A stretch of 60,105 nt of DNA, counting the filler. It is 7 parts of 7 records of this genome, joined end to end, with 100 filler letters (N's around TTAATTAATTAA, not from the genome) between each part and the next. Parts side by side here need not be neighbours in the genome. Positions count along the whole stretch, not along the records: positions 1 to 14,573 come from SRR31156797_14631; positions 14,674 to 20,732 come from SRR31156797_14642; 5 more parts are not named here. One strand, 5' to 3'. The translations under genes were made by a program, and so were the position numbers. A model generated the notes under the pieces. It did not search any database. It was not told where the DNA came from and saw nothing but the letters and a program-made list of their open reading frames with translations. Numbering within the stretch: the first letter of the stretch is position 1; every line of letters starts with the position of its first letter. Positions 10,226 to 18,121 of this stretch are shown here, in pieces.

Positions 10226-10476
10226 GGAATTACTCTAACTAGTGATTAATAAAGTCGAAAGCTTTCACTTCGAACACTATAATTTTAGAAGTAGATTGAA
10301 CTAGGCGCTACACCTTAACGATTAAGCAGGCGTTATTCGAGTTGAATTGTCCAGTCATTGTGTCGGTGATATCTGATTCATCCACTACATCACCAAAGAA
10401 TCTATCCATTCTGATCGGGTTTAGAATCGCTCGCTGCCAAAGCAAAACACCAATGACTTATGGCTGATGACAGCAT

Positions 10477-12189
10477 TTAGCCGTTTACTGGTACCACTGT
10501 CGCATTGTCCACCTGCGGTTCAACGCGATTCCGCCCCTGACTTTTAGCGATATAAAGCTGTTTATCGGCGAGTTTAAACAGCTGCTCTAGGGTTTCACCT
10601 TGATATCGAGTCGCAACCCCAAAGCTTGCGGTTAAGATGATTTTTCTATTATCGATTGTCGCTGGGGTCTCTTCGATGATGGCACGCAGTTGCTCAGCAC
10701 AACGAACGGCTTCAGCAATATCGGTTTCTGGAAGCAGTATAACCATCTCTTCACCGCCCCAACGCGCAACGATATCGTGTGTTCGACTGTATTTTTGTAG
10801 CAAGTTTGCCACATGACACAGAGCACGATCACCAATGTGGTGACCATAGGTATCATTGACAACCTTGAAGTGGTCAATATCCATGATCAAAAAGCTCGTG
10901 GGCGCTTCATGACTTGATTCACAGTTAAGGATCTGAGAGCCCGTCTGAACAAACGCATGTCGATTGAACAGTTGAGTCAATGGATCATAAGATGAGAGAA
11001 ACTTTGCTGTTACCCGCTCATTTTCAATCCGTTTTAATCGATTGGCGAGAACGTAAGCCAACATCAACGCTTCAAGTAAAACACCATAGACGGCACTGTT
11101 AAAACCATGATAGGTATATGGGATCATGCCCCATACGGAAAGAGTGGTAATCAATAGCCCTACCATGCTGCAACAGACAGCGATTAGAAAATAGTTAGCG
11201 TCTTTCACTTTACCAAGATTCAACGAGCCAATGACGATCATCATTATTGTGGTGACCGATAAAAAGGCAAAAGCAAAGGATGAACTCGCTAAGTGCTTCT
11301 GTAACGAAACGAACACAGAGATAGCTGATATGCCGAAAAAGATATAGTAGCGAACAAAACTGGCGAGTTTTGGCATTCTAGAAGGCATATCTAAGAAGTT
11401 GGATACAAAAAGTAAACCACAAACACCATGTAGCACCATGAAGAAAAGTGTGCTGTAGTTTTGAATCATCGGCGACTGAGGATATACCCACATAAAAGCA
11501 TAACCGCTGTAGCCTAAGTTCATCACAATAAAACAACTGATGTATAAGCAATAGTATAAGCTGTCAGCCTGCTTTAACGTGAAGTACAAAATAATGTTAT
11601 ACCCGACCAGAGCAAACAAGATTCCGTACAGAACTCCCGAAAAGACATGGGTGACAGTATCATTTTCTCGTGCTTGTTGATGACTCAATAATTGGATGGG
11701 CAACGTTAAAGGGTCTAATGACTGGGCTCTGATCAGTATCTCACTCGCCCCTTTAGGGATCTCTATATCAAAGACATATCCAACCTCAGGCAATAAATGA
11801 TTGTTGGCCTTTTTTCCATCACCGGAATACCAATATTCTGTTATCACACCTTGGTGTAAAAGAAAGACACTCACACTCTCGACCCAAGTTTGTCCAGTGG
11901 TTAAGCGCCGATAAACATTTCTACTTGATGGGTTAAATAGTGATAAACGGATCCAAGTCGCTCTATCCGTAATTCCTAAGTTAAGTGAGCGATTAATGAC
12001 TGCTGTGGTTGGTTCTGATTGAAAATGGTTGCTGGCTTGGTCGATCGTCAATGCTTCTTCGTCAAATTCACGAAAATAATCCATTGCGACTATCAGCTGA
12101 TCGTTGTTTATCTCACTGTCCGATGCCAGGACTAAACTCGGTATCAAGCACAAAAATAATAGTATTGAAAAGCAAAACCTTAGCATCAT
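10477..12189 (-). CDS. 7TMR-DISM (DISMED2 + 7TM) diguanylate cyclase
   Basis: Signal peptide, extracellular NLG.TDRATWIRL segment, seven TM helices, DPLT, DIDHFKVVND.YGH..GD, RWGGEE. Confidence 0.9.
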   Translation of the reverse strand: MMLRFCFSILLFLCLIPSLVLASDSEINNDQLIVAMDYFREFDEEALTIDQASNHFQSEPTTAVINRSLNLGITDRATWIRLSLFNPSSRNVYRRLTTGQTWVESVSVFLLHQGVITEYWYSGDGKKANNHLLPEVGYVFDIEIPKGASEILIRAQSLDPLTLPIQLLSHQQARENDTVTHVFSGVLYGILFALVGYNIILYFTLKQADSLYYCLYISCFIVMNLGYSGYAFMWVYPQSPMIQNYSTLFFMVLHGVCGLLFVSNFLDMPSRMPKLASFVRYYIFFGISAISVFVSLQKHLASSSFAFAFLSVTTIMMIVIGSLNLGKVKDANYFLIAVCCSMVGLLITTLSVWGMIPYTYHGFNSAVYGVLLEALMLAYVLANRLKRIENERVTAKFLSSYDPLTQLFNRHAFVQTGSQILNCESSHEAPTSFLIMDIDHFKVVNDTYGHHIGDRALCHVANLLQKYSRTHDIVARWGGEEMVILLPETDIAEAVRCAEQLRAIIEETPATIDNRKIILTASFGVATRYQGETLEQLFKLADKQLYIAKSQGRNRVEPQVDNATVVPVNG

Positions 12190-12446
12190 TCCATTCCCAG
12201 CATGGGCGTATAAATAGTATTTACACTCCCCAAAGGACCGATTTCAGTCCATTTCTACGCTTTAACGACCATAATATTCATCAGGATTATAGTATGACGT
12301 GTCTTAAGATGAATGCGCAATAAAAACCCTCAATTAATTGATAGAATTAATAACTTAATAAAGGTTTAAATTGAATCTAGATATTACATTTGCAACACAC
12401 TGGGATAGCTAAAGTCATTTATTCGGTATTTAACTTGGAACAGGAG

Positions 12447-12487
12447 TTGGAGAAGTCGCTATTAACCAGCTAATAGAACCTCTCCAA
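12447..12487 (-). terminator. Imperfect hairpin downstream of the DUF2753 gene (candidate terminator or short palindromic element)
   Basis: TTGGAGAAGTCGCTATTA accagc TAATAGAACCTCTCCAA. Its right arm is the reverse complement of 13741-13755. Confidence 0.45.
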
Positions 12488-12536
12488 TATATGTGAACAG
12501 TATCAATGACAACCACTTTGTTCATAACGAATAAGG

Positions 12537-12974
12537 CTAGTTCATCTTAAACTTAGCGATTAAATGGCATGATGAGGCTGAATCTATATTTTTTACCAAG
12601 CTCGCAATTTTAGGGTTTGGGTGGCGTTTCATAAATGAAATCAACGCCTTCTTACAGCATCCCAAAGAGCTAATGTAGGATTCACAATCCGTTTTATGGC
12701 ATTGAGGTACAAGCATTAACACACGTTCTGATGCCAGTTCCAGATATTTCAACTCATACTCACTGTCTCCAATAGAGTTCCAAAAGTCAGCCAAGTTGTG
12801 GCACGACGAAATCGATATAAAGATTTTATCTTCTAGCTCAATCGTCTCATCATCTAAAATTCTTTCACTCGCATTAAGCGCTTGCTGGTAGTGTAAGATG
12901 CAACGAAACTCGTCACCGCTTTCGCGCGCTTTACTTGCCAACAACGTATGTTTTTCCCAATCACTTAGAGACAT
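12537..12974 (-). CDS. DUF2753-like protein (Vibrio, TPR-like helical, Cys/His-rich C-terminus)
   Basis: WEKHTLLA...ILHYQQAL...SCHNLADFW...ELKYL.LASE...SLGCCKKAL..FMKRHPNP matches my recollection of this family. GAGG RBS. Confidence 0.75.
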   Translation of the reverse strand: MSLSDWEKHTLLASKARESGDEFRCILHYQQALNASERILDDETIELEDKIFISISSCHNLADFWNSIGDSEYELKYLELASERVLMLVPQCHKTDCESYISSLGCCKKALISFMKRHPNPKIASLVKNIDSASSCHLIAKFKMN

Positions 12975-13004
12975 GCTCTATACCTCCCTCACATAAATTA
13001 TGTT

Positions 13005-13029
13005 AATGATAATAATTTGCATTATCATA
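13005..13029. promoter_or_regulatory. Fur box (two overlapping sites) between the divergent DUF2753 and SOD genes
   Basis: AATGATAATAATTTGCATT, plus a second site offset by 6 bp (AATAATTTGCATTATCATA). Close to the AATGATAAT-N-ATTATCATT consensus. Confidence 0.75.
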
Positions 13030-13119
13030 AGCAATAAAATAATGTTACAAAAGTAATCAGTTGTTTAACCAAACAGAAACTGAATTTTAGTGCCTATTTC
13101 CAAATACAGGAGTTGTAAC

Positions 13120-13731
13120 ATGAACCACGAATTTCCAAACCTACCGTACAATTACGATGCACTTGAGCCTTATATCGATGCCAAAACGATGGAGGTTCAC
13201 TACAGTAAACACCACAGAACCTACTACGATAAGTTCATCGCTGCTATTAGCGGCAGCGAACTTGAAAACCAATCACTAGAAGAGATCTTTGCTTCGATAT
13301 CATCACACCCCTTACCGGTACGTAACAACGGCGGCGGGTACTACAACCATGTTATCTACTGGGAGTGTATGTCGCCAAACGCAAAACCTGCCCCAGAAGG
13401 AGCGTTAGCCGCAAAAATTGAACAGACCTTCGGCGGATTAGACAAGTTCAAGACCTTATTTTCAGATGCAGCAGTGAACACGTTTGGCTCTGGTTTTGTC
13501 TGGTTGGTCGCTTCACCATCCGGCGAGTTGGAAATTATCTCGACACCCAATCAGGACAACCCATTAATGGATACCGTTGAAAGCGACGGTACCCCTATCC
13601 TCGCTCTCGACGTATGGGAACACGCTTACTACATTAGCTACCAAAACAGACGCCCAGAATACATTGATGCTTGGTGGAATGTGGTGGATTGGCAAGTTGT
13701 TGAAGATAAGTATTTGACTGTTTTAGGTTAA
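13120..13731 (+). CDS. sodA: Fe/Mn superoxide dismutase with Mn-type signature residues
   Basis: ATG at 13120 after AGGAG. LPYNYDALEP, HYSKHH, NNGGG.YNH, NQD, DVWEHAYY. GGG and QD are Mn-type determinants. Confidence 0.85.
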   Translation: MNHEFPNLPYNYDALEPYIDAKTMEVHYSKHHRTYYDKFIAAISGSELENQSLEEIFASISSHPLPVRNNGGGYYNHVIYWECMSPNAKPAPEGALAAKIEQTFGGLDKFKTLFSDAAVNTFGSGFVWLVASPSGELEIISTPNQDNPLMDTVESDGTPILALDVWEHAYYISYQNRRPEYIDAWWNVVDWQVVEDKYLTVLG

Positions 13732-13740
13732 AACATTCTG

Positions 13741-13763
13741 GGAGAGGTTCTATTAACCTCTCC
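13741..13763. terminator. Hairpin between SOD and GNAT (convergent)
   Basis: GGAGAGGTT ctatt AACCTCTCC, a perfect 9-bp stem 10 nt after the SOD stop. Confidence 0.65.
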
Positions 13764-13777
13764 ACATTAAGCCACGG

Positions 13778-14302
13778 TCAATACACGCATCCATTAAACT
13801 TAATGACTTGCTCACTCTAAAGATACCCACCATGGTAAGACTTCACCATACCTCCTGAGTAGACAAATTGATTCCAAACCTTTTGCTTCACGTCATAGTA
13901 GTGAATCGGAGATGCTAGGTCTTTAAACCCTGAACTTCGATAAACGGCTGGCTCATAAGCAAATAGAAACGAATGGCTAATTCCGATAGACATTAAGTGC
14001 TGATCGAGCGCATTCATAGCTAACTTAGTGAAACCGAAGCCTCGCTTATCAGGTGTAACCGCAACACCGTCAATAATGGCGGCGTTGAAGCTTATTGAGC
14101 CTTGTTTCATCAAGCGACGATAAGCAAAACCAGTAGCGATGATCTGATTTTTATCAGCAACGATCACCGCACATTCAAATTCTTGATTGAAAATGAATTT
14201 AGAATTAGGGCCAAAAATAGAAACTAAATGCTTATTTAAATCAGACTCAAAGGCTGAAACTTCATCGCTTTCAACAACTGATATTTTCAAGATTGGCTTC
14301 AT
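13778..14302 (-). pseudogene. GNAT-family N-acetyltransferase interrupted by an in-frame TAG 12 codons before a probable native end
   Basis: Acetyl-CoA motif VAVTPDKRGFG and YRSSGF. ORF stops at TAG (13817-13819); the same frame continues SEQVIKFNGCVY then TGA (13778-13780). Confidence 0.55.
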
Positions 14303-14463
14303 CTCTATACCGTTAGCTGAGAAGTCGCTAACGCATTGATTAAAAAGGACAACCAGCTTAAATATAGAGACTACACCATAGTGATTTTCTATCGCAAGGG
14401 GAGCACTCAGTTCAGATGACTCTCGTCATGACTGTTTGTAGAGAGTGCAGAAATATCAGGCAT

Positions 14464-14491
14464 AAAAAAAGCCCACCTAATAAGGTGGGCT
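14464..14491 (-). terminator. Intrinsic terminator of the tRNA transcript
   Basis: AGCCCACCT aata AGGTGGGCT with an adjacent A-tract (U-tract on the minus strand). Confidence 0.85.
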
Positions 14492-14503
14492 ATCTTATAA
14501 ATT

Positions 14504-14573
14504 TGGTGGGTCCGGGCGAACTCGAATCGCCGACCCCTACCATGTCAAGGTAGTACTCTAACCAACTGAGCTA
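14504..14573 (-). tRNA. tRNA-Val(GAC), 5' acceptor strand cut off by the contig end
   Basis: Minus strand reads TAGCTCAGTTGGTTAGAG (D arm), CTACC-TTGACAT-GGTAG (anticodon GAC), GGCGA-TTCGAGT-TCGCC (T arm), then an encoded CCA. Confidence 0.95.
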
Positions 14574-14673
14574 NNNNNNNNNNNNNNNNNNNNNNNNNNN
14601 NNNNNNNNNNNNNNNNNTTAATTAATTAANNNNNNNNNNNNNNNNNNNNNNNNNNNNNNNNNNNNNNNNNNNN
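14574..14673. other. Artificial contig spacer (N44-TTAATTAATTAA-N44)
   Basis: Identical 100-nt linker with stops in all six frames occurs six times. Gene content and composition change across it. Confidence 0.98.
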
Positions 14674-15268
14674 AATGAATCCGCATTTCTTATTTAATGC
14701 ACTTGGTAGCATACAAAATTTTATGTATAAAAACGAAACTAAAAAGGCCGCTGGTTATTTAGGTAATTTTGCACGTTTAACACGTTCAATTCTTGAGCAT
14801 TCGGCTGAAGAGTTTGTGAGCTTATACAATGAGATAGAAATGTTGCGTAATTATATTGAGTTGGAGAAAATGCGCTTGTATGGAAAGTTTAACTACGAAA
14901 TAGAAGTAGACGACGCCATTGAAACGGAGTTTATAAATGTTCCGCCTATGCTACTTCAACCCTTTGTTGAGAATGCCATAAAACATGGCTTAAAAGAAGT
15001 AAATACCGATGGTTTGCTTCAATTAAAATTTCGGGAAATGGATAACATTATTCATGTTGAAATTTGTGATAACGGAGTGGGTATAGACAAGGCCGAAATG
15101 CAAAAGAGTAGCACGCACCGAAGTATGTCGATGGAGATTTTTAAAGAGCGAAGAAAAATTCTTTCGAAAAAGGCAAATCGAAATATTGAGTGTGTAATAA
15201 GCGATCGCTCGAAAGCAGATGCTACACAGCAAGGAACAAGAGTAGAAATTCAAATTCCAATTGAGTAA
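14674..15268 (+). CDS. LytS/YehU-type histidine kinase, C-terminal part (5' truncated)
   Basis: MNPHFLFNAL H-box, ELEKMR, PPMLLQPFVENAIKHG, DNGVG. Confidence 0.9.
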
Positions 15269-15282
15269 AACCCTGTAGTTTT

Positions 15283-17205
15283 ATGAATTTACAGCTATTA
15301 CATAGTTTCCTTTTCACAGTAATTCTATTCTTGTGTATACAAACTAGTTGTGCCGCCGACAATTACAAATGTATTGGCGATAGCATTTTACAACTTCTGG
15401 AACAGCAAAATACTGCGGCCGAATTACAAGAAACGTTTGAGGCAATTCGAAAAAACCGAATCGAATTAGAAGACGATTATCTTCCGGTATTAAAAAAGTT
15501 TGCCCGTTATTCGGGAATAAAGGGCTACAAAAAAGGCGAAATGAAAGCTTATGATTTTATTGGTTTGGAGAATAGGTACAAAGAGAATTATGACACTGCC
15601 TATTACTACCATACCAAGTCGCTGGAAATGGCCACACGTTTAAAAGACAGCACGCAAATATTTTACAACTATAATAACCTGGGGCAGGTGTTTCGCATGC
15701 AAGATATAAATACTCTGGCTATGGATAATTTCCTGAAAGCCCTGGAAGTGTCGAATGCTGTTAGAAATTTGCGCTCATCGTCGTACACCATGAATACGAT
15801 TGGAGCAACATTGGTAGTTCAGAAAGACTATAAACGTGCAATGAAATATTTCCATATGTCGTCGGAAATAGCTTGGCAGCGAAACGATAAACGTACTTTG
15901 GCTTATAATTATGGAAATATAGGCGAAATATTTTTGCTAAAGTCTCAACCCGACTCAGCCATGTTTTATTTTGAATTATCGCGCAATTGGTTGCTCGAGT
16001 TAGATTCGAACAAAGGAATAGGAGTGGCCGAACATTTAATTGGACAGGCACTTTTTGAATTACAAGAATATGCCGAGGCTAAGAATAAATTCAAAATTGC
16101 CATTAACTATCATAAAAAGGATAGAAGCCAGCGCTACCAAAGTTTGTGTAATTGTTATTTAGGAAAAATTGCAACAGTGGAAGAGGACTATGAATCTGCT
16201 ACTGCCTATTTAAATCTGGCAAAAGAGCAGGCCTTGGAAATTAATTCTTTAAAAAATTTGGTTGAAGCATACGATAGTTATGCCGAATTGTATATTCAAC
16301 AAAACCAGTGGAAAAATGCCTATGAGGCCAAACAATTAAGTAACGAGTATGGCGAACAAATAATAAACGAAAAAAATAACAGTAGCATTCATGCGCTCGA
16401 AATAGGTTTCGAAACCAAAGAAAAGGAACAGGAAATAAAGCTATTATACTCCGAGAATAAAGCAAAAAATCAGGGAATAATTGTGCTGATTGCCAGTTCG
16501 CTTTCTCTACTATCGTTGTTAGCTGTTGTAGTTTTATTATCCATTAAACGTAAAAAACAAAACGAAGTATATCAACTTTCGCTTCGGCAGCAGTTACTTC
16601 GTTCGCAAATGAATCCGCACTTTTTGTTTAATGCATTGGGGAGTATTCAAAATTTTATGTACCGCAACGAAACCAAGAAAGCTGCCGGTTATTTGGGTAA
16701 TTTTGCATCCTTAACACGTTCTATTTTAGAGCACTCGGCAGAAGAGTTTGTTCGCTTATCGGCAGAGATTGAAACCTTGCACAATTATGTGAAGCTGGAG
16801 CAGATGAGGGTGAAAAACAATTTTGAATATCGTATTGAATATGATGATGAATTGGACACCGAATTTATTCTTGTTCCTCCAATGCTTATTCAGCCATTTG
16901 TAGAAAATGCCATTAAACATGGATTAAAAAATATTGATTATCCTGGCTTGTTGCTTATTAAGTTTAATGAGAACAATGAGAATTTGGAAATAAAAGTTGT
17001 GGATAATGGATGTGGCAGAAACCACACAAGAACCGAGAACTCAGGGTCTAAAACACATCGTTCTATGTCGATGCAAATATTTAAAGAAAGACGTGATATC
17101 CTATCGCAACGTTTTAATAAAAATGTAAATTTCGAGCTTTCCGATCGGAGTGAGATAAATTCCAATGAAAAAGGAACCGAAGTATTAATTGTAATTCCTC
17201 TATAA
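15283..17205 (+). CDS. TPR-sensor LytS-type histidine kinase
   Basis: Signal peptide, TPR repeats (YNNLGQVF, NTIGA, YGNIGEIF), one TM helix, SQMNPHFLFNAL, QPFVENAIKHG. Confidence 0.92.
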   Translation: MNLQLLHSFLFTVILFLCIQTSCAADNYKCIGDSILQLLEQQNTAAELQETFEAIRKNRIELEDDYLPVLKKFARYSGIKGYKKGEMKAYDFIGLENRYKENYDTAYYYHTKSLEMATRLKDSTQIFYNYNNLGQVFRMQDINTLAMDNFLKALEVSNAVRNLRSSSYTMNTIGATLVVQKDYKRAMKYFHMSSEIAWQRNDKRTLAYNYGNIGEIFLLKSQPDSAMFYFELSRNWLLELDSNKGIGVAEHLIGQALFELQEYAEAKNKFKIAINYHKKDRSQRYQSLCNCYLGKIATVEEDYESATAYLNLAKEQALEINSLKNLVEAYDSYAELYIQQNQWKNAYEAKQLSNEYGEQIINEKNNSSIHALEIGFETKEKEQEIKLLYSENKAKNQGIIVLIASSLSLLSLLAVVVLLSIKRKKQNEVYQLSLRQQLLRSQMNPHFLFNALGSIQNFMYRNETKKAAGYLGNFASLTRSILEHSAEEFVRLSAEIETLHNYVKLEQMRVKNNFEYRIEYDDELDTEFILVPPMLIQPFVENAIKHGLKNIDYPGLLLIKFNENNENLEIKVVDNGCGRNHTRTENSGSKTHRSMSMQIFKERRDILSQRFNKNVNFELSDRSEINSNEKGTEVLIVIPL

Positions 17206-17206
17206 C

Positions 17207-17956
17207 ATGATTAAAGCTGTAATTATTGAAGATGAGCCGCAATTGCGTGAAACCAATCGAATGTTACTACAAGAGAATTTTCCAAATATTTCGGTGGTGG
17301 GCGAGGCTGGTACTGTTGGCGAATCGGTTCGCTTAATTCACGAGTTACAACCTCAGTTAGTTTTATGCGATATTGAACTTGAAGATGGGAATTGTTTTCA
17401 GGTACTTCAAAAATGCAAACCTTATACATTTCGTCCGGTGTTTATTACCGCTTATAATCAATATGCCATTAAGGCCATTAAGTTTAGTGCCATCGATTAT
17501 ATTTTAAAACCGGTTAGCGAATACGAGTTTTGCGATACCATTCAAAAAGCAATTGATTCGATAAACGAGCGTGCGAATAACTCGGTACAAACCGAAAATT
17601 TTATGACGAGTTACCAAAGTGGTCAGTCGCCTAAGAAAGTGGTATTGCGTACATCTGACTCTATGCATATTGTCGATCTCGATGAAATTCTTTATTGCAA
17701 AAGCGACAATAGTTACACTTCTTTTTACTTAAAAGATAAAAAGGAAATTACCGTATCAAAAAGCATTAAAGAGTTTGCCGAGTTGTTTGCCGAGTATAAC
17801 TTTTTACGTCCGCATCAATCTTTTTTGGTAAACTTGCAAGGCATTACGAAAATTGATAAAACCGATGGTGGTTTTATTATCATGGAAAACGGTGCCGAAA
17901 TCCCAATTTCATCCAGAAGAAAACAGTCCATTTTTGAAGAGTTGGAGAAACTATAA
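17207..17956 (+). CDS. LytTR-family response regulator
   Basis: REC (IIEDE...LCDIEL...FITAY...DYILKP) and LytTR domain (ILYCKSDNSYT, FLRPHQSFLVNL, IPISSRRK). Confidence 0.95.
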   Translation: MIKAVIIEDEPQLRETNRMLLQENFPNISVVGEAGTVGESVRLIHELQPQLVLCDIELEDGNCFQVLQKCKPYTFRPVFITAYNQYAIKAIKFSAIDYILKPVSEYEFCDTIQKAIDSINERANNSVQTENFMTSYQSGQSPKKVVLRTSDSMHIVDLDEILYCKSDNSYTSFYLKDKKEITVSKSIKEFAELFAEYNFLRPHQSFLVNLQGITKIDKTDGGFIIMENGAEIPISSRRKQSIFEELEKL

Positions 17957-17985
17957 AACGATCGATTTCTTTTTCTCAACATATT

Positions 17986-18018
17986 TTACGAATTCAAGCC
18001 CATTCCTTACACTTTCAA
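17986..18018 (+). promoter_or_regulatory. Candidate LytTR binding site: direct repeat TTAC-N3-TTCAA with 21-bp period
   Basis: TTACgaaTTCAA at 17986 and TTACactTTCAA at 18007, two helical turns apart, about 100 bp upstream of the T9SS cargo gene. Confidence 0.55.
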
Positions 18019-18121
18019 ATTTGCCCAAATAATGGTAATCTAATTCTTGTTATTTGTATTTAAAATTAATGCTTAAATACTAGTCGTTGTTGCTTTAAGT
18101 GTTAACTATAAAACCATAATA

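Noticed and set aside
14311..14333. CGTTAGC-N9-GCTAACG upstream of the GNAT gene as an integron cassette core site
   Set aside because: No attC/VCR structure or RYYYAAC inverse core after the gene, and no integrase. It is only a 7-bp inverted repeat.
13778..14573. tRNA-Val as the attachment site of a genomic island
   Set aside because: No integrase and no duplicated tRNA 3' end visible on this contig. The tRNA is followed directly by its own terminator.
14618..14629. Recurrent TTAATTAATTAA palindrome as a biological repeat or CRISPR-like unit
   Set aside because: It is always centred in N runs of fixed length, so it is an artificial linker.
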